Source: an uncultured Actinomycetes bacterium
GTDB lineage: Bacteria > Actinomycetota > Thermoleophilia > UBA2241
Reading direction: 5' to 3'
DNA length: 64,000 nt
Assembly (NCBI GenBank): GCA_963767005.1
Contig: CAVYCN010000011.1
Span: 1 to 64,000 of the forward strand
Shown: piece after piece, positions 36,285 through 45,276 of the stretch
How the letters are laid out: every line of letters starts with the position of its first letter
Position numbering within the stretch: the stretch's first letter is position 1
The notes under the pieces: model-generated
What the model saw: only the letters and a program-made list of their open reading frames with translations
Told to the model about the DNA's origin: nothing
The model's database searches: none
Position numbers and translations under genes: made by a program

Positions 36285-38105
36285 ATGAGCCACCGCGTTC
36301 GCCGTATCTCACGCCGCCTGCCGCTCCTGCTGGCCGGCGTCCTTCTGGTCGGGCTCGCGCTCGCCGGTCCGGGTGCGGCGCAAAGTCCGAGCCCGACAGC
36401 CGGACAGACCGCGCTCAAGGTCGGCTGGGACATCGAGCCCGACAACCTGAACCCGTTCGCCGGCATCCAGCAGTCGTCGTATGAGATCTACCACCTGGAG
36501 TACGACTTCCTGACCAACTACGGTGCCGCCCACCTCGAGACCGAGCCGGGGCTCGCCACGAGCTGGACCCACTCGGCGAACGGCCTGGTGTGGACGTTCA
36601 AGATCAGGAGCGGCGTGAAGTGGCAGGACGGCGTGCCGCTCACCGCCCACGACGTCGCCTTCACCTATACGTTCATCATGAAGTACAAGCTGCAGGCGTT
36701 CCTGTCGGCGCTGTCCGGCATCAAGACGGCGACGGCGCTTAACGACACCACCGTCGTCATCACCTGCTCGCGACCCAAGGCCGACATCCTGGCCATGTGG
36801 GTGCCGATCCTGCCGCAGCACATCTGGGGCAGGTTGCACAGCTACGAGCAGGCCTTCAACTTCGCCAACAAGCCGCCGATCGTGGGCTCGGGTCCCTTCC
36901 AGGTGGTCCAGTGGGTCCACGGCCAGTACATCCGCTGCGTGGCCAACAAGAGCTACTGGGGCGGGGCTCCCAAGGTCGACCAGCTCTACTTCAACCTCTA
37001 CACCGACCCCACGACCATGGCGAGCGATCTGCGCAGCGGCGCCATCCAGCTCGCCATCGACCTGCCGCCGGCGCAGGTCAAGGGGCTGCAGTCCGTATCC
37101 GGCATCTCGGCCCAGGCCTGCGCACAGAAGGCCTTCGACTACCTGGGGTTCAACTGCTACACCGGTCCATCGGGCGGCAACCCGGTGCTGCGCGACTGGA
37201 AGTTCCGCAACGCGCTCAACTGGGCGGTCGACAAGCAGAAGCTCGTCGACCTCGCCTACAACGACTACGCGACGCCGGGCTCGACGCTCTTCGAGCCGAA
37301 CTTCTACGACCCGAAGCTCGACTGGCACTGGACCCCGCCGGCCAGCGAGGCCTACTCGTTCGACCTGCAGAAGGCGAGCGCCATGCTCACAGCGGCGGGC
37401 TACCCGCTCGTCAACGGCGTGCGCCTGAACAAGCAGGGCAAGCCGATCGTGCTGCGCCTCTGGGCGCGCACCGACTCCGACCCGAGCCAGGTGGCAGGCA
37501 AGCTCATCACGCAGTGGTTCCGCGATCTCGGCCTGAAGATCCAGTACTCGGTGCAGAGCGAGGCGACGCTCACCAACGCCGCCTGGAACTACGTCGGCAA
37601 GGTCTACAAGCCCGACTACGACATGTACCTCTGGTTCTGGCAGCCGAGCGGTTCAGACCCGGCGCGGCGAGTCGGCTACTTCACCACGGACCAGATCCAG
37701 GGCAACAACGACGCCTGCTGGTCCGACGCGCAGTACGACAAGCTGTTCCAGGAGCAGTCGACCACGCTCGACCAGCAACAGCGCAAGCAGATCGTCTGGC
37801 AGATGGAGCGGATCTTCTACGAGCAGACGCCGTATATCGTGCTCGACTATCCCAAGCTGCTCGAGGGCTGGGACGTCGGCACGTGGACCGGCTGGGAGCG
37901 TATCCCGACACCCGACGGCGCCGTCGCCTACATCAGCGACAACGTCGACAACTACCGCCTGGTCGGTCCTAAGCCGGTGACAGCCACAAGCTCGGGCACG
38001 TCGGCCGCGAGCGTCGCGGGCATCGTGATCGTCGTGGTCGCCGTCGTGGCGGTGATCGTGGTCGTGCTCCTGCGCCGGCGGCGCAAGGGCGCGGTCGAGG
38101 TCTGA
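36285..38105 (+). CDS. Peptide/nickel ABC substrate-binding protein (family 5) with C-terminal TM anchor
   Basis: Signal peptide; PGLATSW...WTFKIRSGVKWQDG.PLTAHDVAFT, VGSGPF; C-terminal hydrophobic helix then RRRRK. Confidence 0.93.
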   Translation: MSHRVRRISRRLPLLLAGVLLVGLALAGPGAAQSPSPTAGQTALKVGWDIEPDNLNPFAGIQQSSYEIYHLEYDFLTNYGAAHLETEPGLATSWTHSANGLVWTFKIRSGVKWQDGVPLTAHDVAFTYTFIMKYKLQAFLSALSGIKTATALNDTTVVITCSRPKADILAMWVPILPQHIWGRLHSYEQAFNFANKPPIVGSGPFQVVQWVHGQYIRCVANKSYWGGAPKVDQLYFNLYTDPTTMASDLRSGAIQLAIDLPPAQVKGLQSVSGISAQACAQKAFDYLGFNCYTGPSGGNPVLRDWKFRNALNWAVDKQKLVDLAYNDYATPGSTLFEPNFYDPKLDWHWTPPASEAYSFDLQKASAMLTAAGYPLVNGVRLNKQGKPIVLRLWARTDSDPSQVAGKLITQWFRDLGLKIQYSVQSEATLTNAAWNYVGKVYKPDYDMYLWFWQPSGSDPARRVGYFTTDQIQGNNDACWSDAQYDKLFQEQSTTLDQQQRKQIVWQMERIFYEQTPYIVLDYPKLLEGWDVGTWTGWERIPTPDGAVAYISDNVDNYRLVGPKPVTATSSGTSAASVAGIVIVVVAVVAVIVVVLLRRRRKGAVEV

Positions 38106-38109
38106 GGAG

Positions 38110-39039
38110 GTGGCGGCACAGTACCCGCCGGTCCTCGTCGAGGTATGGCGCGGACCGGCGGTCGAGAGCCTGCACACGCTCGTGGCGAGCCTGGTCGACG
38201 AGGCCGGCCGCGAGGTCGCCCGCTACGGCGACCCCGGCTTCGTGACCTACTGGCGTTCGTCTGCCAAACCGTTCCAGGCGCGCCCCTGGGTCGACGACGG
38301 CACCATCGACCACTTCGGCTGGGGCGACCGTGAGACGGCCATCATCTGCGCGTCGCACGTGGGAGCCGACGAGCACGCGCAGCTCGTACGCCGCATGCTC
38401 GCCGACATCGCTTGCAGCGAGGCCGACCTGCGCTGCGACCACGAGCTCAAGGCACGTCACAACTGCTCGGGCAACCACACCGGCATGCTCGCGGCCTGCG
38501 TGCACCACGGCTGGGAGCTCGCTACCTACCAGCGGCCCGACCACCCCGCACAGCGAGCCGGCGTAGCGGCGGTCTCGGAGGCCTGCGGGCTACCGCCCGA
38601 CGAGATCCCGCGCGGCATCGACGGCTGCGGCATCGTGGTGTGCGCCACGCCGGTCGTCGCCGCCGCGCGCGCCTACGCCACCCTGCCGGGGCTGGCTCCA
38701 CGCATCGCCCGCGCCATGATGGACAACCCGGTCCTGATCGAGGGCGAGGGCGAGCTCGACACGGTGGTCATGCAGTCCTTCCCCGGCGCCGTCTCCAAGG
38801 CCGGCGCCGAGGGCCTGGGCTGTGTAGCGCTGCCCGGCGGAGGCGGCCTCGCGGTGAAGGCGCTCGACGGCGGCGACCGCGCCGTCGGGCCGGCGATGAT
38901 CGCCCTGCTCGTGCGACACCTCGGCCTCGACGGCGTGCCGGCCGGGGCCGAGTCGCAGGCCCGCCCGCCGGTCAGAAACGACGCCGGCGACGTCGTCGGC
39001 GAGCTTGCGGCCCGCCTCCCGGCCGGCCGCGAGGGTTAG
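38110..39039 (+). CDS. Asparaginase II (Rhizobium AnsA-type) family protein
   Basis: RSSAKPFQA, CASH, HNCSGNHTG, IDGCG, SKAGAEG, KALDG. Confidence 0.9.
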   Translation: MAAQYPPVLVEVWRGPAVESLHTLVASLVDEAGREVARYGDPGFVTYWRSSAKPFQARPWVDDGTIDHFGWGDRETAIICASHVGADEHAQLVRRMLADIACSEADLRCDHELKARHNCSGNHTGMLAACVHHGWELATYQRPDHPAQRAGVAAVSEACGLPPDEIPRGIDGCGIVVCATPVVAAARAYATLPGLAPRIARAMMDNPVLIEGEGELDTVVMQSFPGAVSKAGAEGLGCVALPGGGGLAVKALDGGDRAVGPAMIALLVRHLGLDGVPAGAESQARPPVRNDAGDVVGELAARLPAGREG

Positions 39040-39043
39040 CGCC

Positions 39044-39445
39044 GTGAGCGTCGAGAAGATCAACCCACCCGACCTCCACCGGCCAGTCGGCAACATGTAC
39101 GCCCATGTTGTGCGCGCCACGGGGAGGGTCAGCTACCGCATCGGCGGCCAGGTGCCGGTCGACGGGGAAGGCCGCAACCTGTTCCTCGGCGACATGGCGG
39201 CACAGCTGCGTTCCTGCTACGAGCAGGTCACCACCGCCCTGTCTGCCGTGAGACTCGGCTGGCAGGACGTCGTCCACATCTACACCTTCACGACGGACAT
39301 GGACGAGTACGTCCGCGTCGAACCGCCGATCGCGAAGGCGTTCTTCGGCGAGACGCCGCCCGCCTCGACGCTGGTCGAGGTACGTCGCCTGGTCGATCCG
39401 GACTGGCTCGTCGAGGTGCAGGTCGACGCGGTCGCCGATGCCTGA
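39044..39445 (+). CDS. RidA/YjgF family protein
   Basis: YAHVV...IGGQV, PPASTLVEV..L..PDWLVEV. Confidence 0.9.
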   Translation: MSVEKINPPDLHRPVGNMYAHVVRATGRVSYRIGGQVPVDGEGRNLFLGDMAAQLRSCYEQVTTALSAVRLGWQDVVHIYTFTTDMDEYVRVEPPIAKAFFGETPPASTLVEVRRLVDPDWLVEVQVDAVADA

Positions 39446-39457
39446 ACGGCGCCCTCA

Positions 39458-39501
39458 GGCGAAGCGCGGGGAGGCTGGTACCAGCCTCCCCGCGCTTCGC
39501 C
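39458..39501. repeat. Perfect 44-bp loopless palindrome (terminator-like hairpin)
   Basis: GGCGAAGCGCGGGGAGGCTGGT|ACCAGCCTCCCCGCGCTTCGCC. Confidence 0.85.
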
Positions 39502-39599
39502 ACGACCCCTTGCCCCGCCCCGGCGTCCTGCTGGGCATCGGCGTGGCCTCCTTCACCCTCCTCGTGGCCCGGCACCTCGGACCCTAGACCGCGCAGACG

Positions 39600-41132
39600 G
39601 TGAGCATGGCGAAGACCTACATCGTGGCCCACGACACCGGCACCGGCGGCGACAAGGCCGTGCTGACCGACCTCGAGGGGCGCGTCGTGCGAACGGCCTA
39701 CCGGCCCTACGACGTCCACTACCCGCGCGCCGACTGGGCCGAGCAGGACCCCGACGAGCTCTGGCGGGCCTTCGCCGCGACCACCCGCGAGGTGCTCGCC
39801 GGCGTCGACCCGGCCACCGTGCTCGGTGTGGGCGTCTCGGCCCAGATGTTCAACCTGCTGCCGGTCGACGCGCAGTGCCGGCCCGTCACGCCCATGCTCT
39901 CCTGGCAGGACGTGCGCAGCGTGGCGCAGGCCGACCGCCTGCTCGAGCCCGCCACGCGCGCCTTTCTGTTCGAGCGCACCGCCAACGTGCCGACCGCCAA
40001 GGACGTGATCCCCAAGATCCTCTGGCTCAAGGAGGAGCGCCCCGACCTGTGGGACCGCACCCGCTGGCTGCTCGACTGCAAGGAATACCTCATCTTCAGG
40101 CTCACCGGCGTGGTCGGCATCGACTGGCACGGGGCGAGCGTGTTCTTCTTGTTCGACCCGCGCGGCAAGACCTGGGACCGGGCGGTGTGCGACCGGCTCG
40201 GTATCCCTGTCGAGAAGCTGCCGCCGGCGTACCCGCCGACCGAGGTGATCGGCGCGGTCAGCGCCGAGGCGGCCGCGCAGACCGGCCTCGCGCCCGGCAC
40301 GCCGGTCGTGATCTGCGCCGGCGACGTGGCTGTGGCGCAGTCGGGCTCGGGGGCCAATCGCGAGGGCAAGGCCCACCTGTGCATCGGCACGGCGACCTGG
40401 GTCGGCGTTTCGAGCGCGACCCTGCGCAACGATCCCGACACGCCGTTCTGGGCGCTCAACCACATCGACCCGGGCAAGTGGGTCATCGCCGGCGAGATGG
40501 AGTCGGGCGGCGGCGCCCTGCAGTGGTACCGCAACCTGCTCTGCGCCGACGAAGCCCGCGAGGCCCGCGAGCGAGGCGTGTCGACCTACCGCGTGCTCGA
40601 CGAGCAGGCGGCGGCGGTGCCGGCCGGCAGCGACGATCTCGTCTTCACGCCCTGGCTGGCCGGCGAGCGCGCGCCCGTGCTCGACCACTACGCCCGCGGC
40701 GGCTTCACCGGCCTGTCGCTCGGCCACAGCAAGGGGCACCTGACCCGGGCCGTCATGGAGGGCGTCGCCTACCACATCCGCTGGATCGTCGAGGCGATGG
40801 AGCACACCGGCTTTCGCATCGAAGCGATGCAGGCGATCGGCGGCGGCAGCGCGAGCCCGCTGTGGACGCAGATCATCGCCGACGTCACCGGCCGCCGGCT
40901 GAACGTGGTCGAGCACCCGCTCGAGGCGGGCGCCATGGGCGCCGCCCTGACGGTCGCGGTGGGCCTCGGCGTCTACCCCGGCATGGACACGGTCGACGAC
41001 CTCATCGCCGTCGCCCGCACCGTCGAGCCGCGTGGCGCGAACGAGGCGGTCTACGCCCGCGGCTACCGCACCTTCCGCGACCTCTACGCCACCCTTGCGC
41101 CGATCTACCGCGGCGCAGCGCGCGAGAACTGA
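39600..41132 (+). CDS. FGGY-family carbohydrate kinase (xylulokinase-like)
   Basis: HDTGTGGDKA, EQDP, WQDVR, PKILWLKE, PWLAGERAP, RAVMEGV, GGGS. Confidence 0.92.
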   Translation: MSMAKTYIVAHDTGTGGDKAVLTDLEGRVVRTAYRPYDVHYPRADWAEQDPDELWRAFAATTREVLAGVDPATVLGVGVSAQMFNLLPVDAQCRPVTPMLSWQDVRSVAQADRLLEPATRAFLFERTANVPTAKDVIPKILWLKEERPDLWDRTRWLLDCKEYLIFRLTGVVGIDWHGASVFFLFDPRGKTWDRAVCDRLGIPVEKLPPAYPPTEVIGAVSAEAAAQTGLAPGTPVVICAGDVAVAQSGSGANREGKAHLCIGTATWVGVSSATLRNDPDTPFWALNHIDPGKWVIAGEMESGGGALQWYRNLLCADEAREARERGVSTYRVLDEQAAAVPAGSDDLVFTPWLAGERAPVLDHYARGGFTGLSLGHSKGHLTRAVMEGVAYHIRWIVEAMEHTGFRIEAMQAIGGGSASPLWTQIIADVTGRRLNVVEHPLEAGAMGAALTVAVGLGVYPGMDTVDDLIAVARTVEPRGANEAVYARGYRTFRDLYATLAPIYRGAAREN

Positions 41133-41200
41133 CGCCCCACACCGGACGGTTCGCCGGACCCCCGTTCCGGAGAAAGTGGGGCCGACGGCAAGGAGGAATC

Positions 41201-41698
41201 ATGCAGACGATGAGCTACTGCCTGTGGTTCGACGGTGTGGCCGAAGAGGCCGCCCGCTTCTACGCCTCGGTGTTCAAGGACTCGCGCATCGTGAACGTGT
41301 CGCGCTACCCCGAGGGCTCACCCGGCACGCCCGGCACGATCATGAGCGTGCAGTTCGTGATGAACGGCCAGGACTTTCTGGCGCTGAACGGCGGACCACA
41401 GTACAGCTTCACGCCGGCCATCTCGTTCGTCGTGACCTGCGATACGCAGGACGAGATCAACGAGCTCTGGGAGCGACTCACCGACGGCGGCCAGGAGGTG
41501 GCCTGCGGCTGGCTGACCGACCGCTTCGGGATCTCCTGGCAGATCGTGCCGCGGGCGCTCGGCGCGATGATGGTCTCGCCCGACAGGGACGCGAGCCAGC
41601 GCGCCTTCTCGGCGATGCTGGAGATGAAGAAGCTCGACCTCACCGCCCTGCGCCGCGCCTTCGAGGGCGCCGACGACGCCGGCGAGGCGGTCGCCTAG
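41201..41698 (+). CDS. VOC family protein (PhnB/3-demethylubiquinone-9 MT-like)
   Basis: CLWFDG.AEEAA.FY, ALNGGP, CGWLTDRFGISWQI. Confidence 0.92.
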   Translation: MQTMSYCLWFDGVAEEAARFYASVFKDSRIVNVSRYPEGSPGTPGTIMSVQFVMNGQDFLALNGGPQYSFTPAISFVVTCDTQDEINELWERLTDGGQEVACGWLTDRFGISWQIVPRALGAMMVSPDRDASQRAFSAMLEMKKLDLTALRRAFEGADDAGEAVA

Positions 41699-41722
41699 AC
41701 CAGCGCGACCGACGCGCTGGTC
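41698..41722. terminator. Hairpin between convergent genes
   Basis: GACCAGCGCG-ACCGA-CGCGCTGGTC between two facing stop codons. Confidence 0.6.
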
Positions 41723-41724
41723 GC

Positions 41725-42315
41725 CTAGGCCCGCGTGACCGACGCGGCCCACGACGTGAGCGCCGGCGCGGCCCGGCGCAGGGCGAGCCAGGCGCGTGGG
41801 GCGGCGCTCAGGGCGGCGAGCGGGCGCTGGGCCTCGTGTCCGGGCGCGTCGAGCACCACGCGCAGCACCGCGAAGGGCGCGTCGCCTGCCGCCGCGGCGA
41901 GCCACACCGACTCCATGTCGGCGCCGAGGACGCCCTGGGTCGCAAGCGCGCGCCGCCGCGACCCGTAGACGACGTGCCTGGTGCTGGCGACGGGTCCCAC
42001 GGCGACACGGTCGAGGCCCAGCACCGTGAGGGCCTCGACAAGCCCCTCGGTCGAGCACAGCAGCGTCCCCTGCGGGCCGCGCACCTCGCTCGCCACGATC
42101 ACGTCGCCGGCGCGCAGGCCGGGGTCGACCGCTCCGCACAGCCCGGCCACGGCAACCGCGCCCGCCGGCGCAACGGCGGCCGCGGCCCTGCGGGCGCGGG
42201 CCGCCCCCATGCCGCAGCGCACCACCCGCACGCCGGGCAGGGCGCGGCGGACGGCGATCCGCTCGACGCGCAGCGGCGTAAAGACGAGCAGCGATCTGTC
42301 GGAGGTCTCCATCAC
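41725..42315 (-). CDS. Nucleoside phosphorylase-like protein (HpnG-like)
   Basis: CGMG, AGLCGAVDPGLRAGDV, ADMES, LRVVLD. Confidence 0.75.
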   Translation of the reverse strand: MMETSDRSLLVFTPLRVERIAVRRALPGVRVVRCGMGAARARRAAAAVAPAGAVAVAGLCGAVDPGLRAGDVIVASEVRGPQGTLLCSTEGLVEALTVLGLDRVAVGPVASTRHVVYGSRRRALATQGVLGADMESVWLAAAAGDAPFAVLRVVLDAPGHEAQRPLAALSAAPRAWLALRRAAPALTSWAASVTRA

Positions 42316-42429
42316 GGTTCCTCACCGCGCATCGTATCGCGGCGTAGCGCGGCGGAGGTGGCTCACCACCGAACCTGCCGGGCGGACTGCGGTGGCCCGC
42401 CTTTCAGGCGGGGCGCGACGGCAGGCCGG

Positions 42430-43401
42430 TCAGGCGCGCCGCGCCGCGGCGGCGGGCGCCTGCGCCACCGCCCCCCGACGCCCGTCGGCCGCCACCAGCG
42501 TGATGCCGGCCACGACGACGACCCCGCCCAGTACGAGCCTCAGGCTCGGCGTCTGGCCGGTCACGAAGAGGCTCAGGGCGATCGTCCAGAGCACGTAGGT
42601 GCTGTTGGCCGGCATCGCCCGGGCCGGGCCGAGCAGGTCGAGCGACCGGTAGTAGGCGAGGTAGGCGCCGGCGCCGCAGAGGCTCGCCGCGATCAGGATG
42701 ACGATCGTCGGCGAGGTCACGGTGCGCAGCGTGACGCCGGTCGCGGCGAACAGCGGCAGGACGAGGGAGAGGAAGACCGCGCCCGACACGGCCTCGCGGA
42801 TGTTGAGCGCGGCGAGCGACGGCATGCGCTGAAGGCTGCGGGCGACGAGCACCCCCTCGACCGCCCAGCCCGCCGCCGCCACGATCGCGCACAGGGCGCC
42901 GAGCAGGTAGTGCGGCGAGGCGCCGCCCGCGGGAGCGTACGTCGCGAAGATCGCGCCGGCCACGGCGAGCGCCACGCCGGCCCAGCCGACACGACGCAGG
43001 CGGTCGCCCAGCACGGCGAACCCCAGGGCGGCGCCGAGCGCCGGGTAGAGGGCGGAGATGGCGACCGCGTACGGCGCGCCCGCCCAGGCGATGGCGAGCA
43101 GGTACGCCGACATCGCGACGGGGCCGCCGAGCAGGGCGGCGAAGCACACCACGAGGCCGTCGCGAGTGCGCAGGGCGCGCCAGGCCTCACCCAGCCGCCC
43201 GGCGGCGCGGTCGGCCACCGTCACCCAGACGAAGGCGAAGCAGTCGTGCAGGGCGGCCGCCGCGAGCGGCGCGGCGAAGAGCGCGCCCGCCGCCGAAAGC
43301 GGCGGGCGCGCGAGCGCCTCGCCGAGCACGACGGCGGCGGCGCCCCACAGGGCGCCGCTTGCGAGCGCGAGGGCGATCCCTCTGCTGTGCCGGTCTTTCA
43401 C
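42430..43401 (-). CDS. DMT family transporter, LicB (choline permease)-like
   Basis: SGALWG, ALHD, LLGGPVAM, ISALYPA, GWAVE, NIR, YLAYY, NSTYVLW run parallel to pneumococcal LicB as recalled. Confidence 0.8.
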   Translation of the reverse strand: MKDRHSRGIALALASGALWGAAAVVLGEALARPPLSAAGALFAAPLAAAALHDCFAFVWVTVADRAAGRLGEAWRALRTRDGLVVCFAALLGGPVAMSAYLLAIAWAGAPYAVAISALYPALGAALGFAVLGDRLRRVGWAGVALAVAGAIFATYAPAGGASPHYLLGALCAIVAAAGWAVEGVLVARSLQRMPSLAALNIREAVSGAVFLSLVLPLFAATGVTLRTVTSPTIVILIAASLCGAGAYLAYYRSLDLLGPARAMPANSTYVLWTIALSLFVTGQTPSLRLVLGGVVVVAGITLVAADGRRGAVAQAPAAAARRA

Positions 43402-43644
43402 GCCCCGCGCTACGCCGTTCGACGTCTGTTCTTTTGGATCAGGACCTGTCTCCCGCGTGCGACCGGCACCGCATCTGCCGACCGGCCGGGCCGCCGCCTC
43501 GCGCGCCCGCCGCGGTGCCCCGCGGACTCTTTCTGCACCCTTCCCCGTCGAGCCGGACCACGACACCTTGCGACATCGCGCCGCTCCCGGCTGCACGCAC
43601 CACGACCGCTACGACGTCCGAAATCGCCCGTCCGCGCCGGACGC

Positions 43645-44496
43645 TCAGCCGGCGCGCAGCAGCGTGAGCGCAGCGACGCCGACGATGATGCAGCCCACAC
43701 CGCCGAGCTGCAGGCGGGTGAGCCGCTCGCGAAAGAGCAGGAACGCGGCCACGCCGGCGACCGCCGCGAACTGCGACGAGAGCACGGCCGTGATCGCGAC
43801 GTCGTGGCGCGCGCCGGCCACGTAGGCGAGAAAGCCGCCCACCTCGGCCAGACCCGACGTCGCCACCAGCGGCAGGGAGCGCCGGGTGATCTCGAGCCGT
43901 CCGGTGACCGCGAGCGGGACGGTCACGACGAGGACGCCGACCAAGCGCGGCGGCAAGGCGGCCCAGCCGGCCGGCAGCGACGCGCCGAGCCGGGCCGTCG
44001 CGTACAGGCCGCAGCCGAACGAGAGGGCGGCCAGCAGCGCGAGCCCGACCGACGGGCGCGGGCGCTCGCCAGGCGCCGGCCGCTCCTCGCGCGCGACGGC
44101 GGCGATCACGATGCCGGCGGCGATCACGCCGAGCAGCGCGGCGGTGTCGGGACCGAGCCGCTCACCGGCGGCGACGGCGAGCAGGGCGGCGACGGCCCCT
44201 TCGGTCGAGACGATCGGCGCGACGAGGCCGACCTTGCCGCGCCGCAGGGCCGTGTAGGCCAGCAGCAGGCCGCCGACGTTCCCGACGCCGGCGACGACCA
44301 TCCAGCCGGCGTCGGCGGCGCTGGGCGCGATCCCTTCGCGGCCGACGGCGATGACGCCGACGTTGGCCGCCAAGCCCACGAGCGCGACCCAGGCGACGAC
44401 CGAGGCCGGCCTGATGAGGCGGCTCGAGCGGGCCGAGCAAAGCGTGCTGACGCCCCAGATGAGCGCCGCGCCAAGGCCGCCGAGAAGCGCGATCAT
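43645..44496 (-). CDS. EamA/DMT family transporter
   Basis: Ten hydrophobic segments; ALRRGKVGLVAPIVSTEG, FRERL. Confidence 0.88.
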   Translation of the reverse strand: MIALLGGLGAALIWGVSTLCSARSSRLIRPASVVAWVALVGLAANVGVIAVGREGIAPSAADAGWMVVAGVGNVGGLLLAYTALRRGKVGLVAPIVSTEGAVAALLAVAAGERLGPDTAALLGVIAAGIVIAAVAREERPAPGERPRPSVGLALLAALSFGCGLYATARLGASLPAGWAALPPRLVGVLVVTVPLAVTGRLEITRRSLPLVATSGLAEVGGFLAYVAGARHDVAITAVLSSQFAAVAGVAAFLLFRERLTRLQLGGVGCIIVGVAALTLLRAG

Positions 44497-44645
44497 CGCG
44501 CGTCGTCGCGCACGCGATGGGACCGCCGTCCTGTGAAGCTCGTGGGTCGTCCGCGGCTCGTGGGCCCTCCTTTGCGCCGTACGGCCGCGCCCTCCAGGCG
44601 CCGCCGCCCGCGGACGATGATATCCCGCCGCTCGCCGCTCGACGC

Positions 44646-44676
44646 TTGACCTTGCCCCTGGCGCCAAGTCCACAGT
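44646..44676 (+). promoter_or_regulatory. MerR-type promoter candidate (19-bp spacer with dyad)
   Basis: TTGACC-N19-CACAGT containing CTTG...CAAG. Confidence 0.4.
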
Positions 44677-44791
44677 CGAGCCGTCATGTCACGGTCAGAC
44701 AGCGGAGCACGACGAAGCCTTCGCGCTGCCGCTGCGCTGACGGACGGTACGGCCTCTGGCGCGGGGGCGGCCGGCGAGGCGCCGGAGCCGA

Positions 44792-45094
44792 TCAGCGGTC
44801 GCGCCGTGCTCGGCGCGCGCGGCGCCGGCTGTCCAGGTCGACGACCTGACCGCCGCCCGTCGGCGGGCGCCCGCCGTCCGCCCGACGGCGGGCGCCGCCT
44901 TGCGAGCGGCCCACCACCGACCGGCACGCGAAGCCGGCGCCCAGGGCGACGAGCGCCACGGCGATCGGCCACAGCCACCAGGGCAGCGGTCCATACGGGG
45001 CGATCCGGCCGGGGCTCGAGAGGGCGTGCCACATCCCGGCGGGGCCGTTCTTCACGGCCAGGGCCACGTCGATCGCAAGCGCCTGCGGCGCCAC
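44792..45094 (-). CDS. Small hypothetical membrane protein
   Basis: 100 aa, single TM (WWLWPIAVALVALGAG), basic C-terminus with VVDL..RR; GGAG upstream of the GTG. Confidence 0.45.
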   Translation of the reverse strand: MAPQALAIDVALAVKNGPAGMWHALSSPGRIAPYGPLPWWLWPIAVALVALGAGFACRSVVGRSQGGARRRADGGRPPTGGGQVVDLDSRRRARRARRDR

Positions 45095-45276
45095 CGCTCC
45101 GCCCCCTGCCTGGGTCGCCTCTCATCGCCATCCTAGTCGCGCCGCCGGCCGGCGCAATCGTTGCGGCGCTCGGCGCGTCGGGATCGAGGGCACGTCGGAT
45201 CCGTGCGAGCAAGGGCGCGCGCTCGAGCGGCGCTGAGAGGGGCCCGGGCCCCTCTCAGCGCCTCGCGAGCGTGCGC

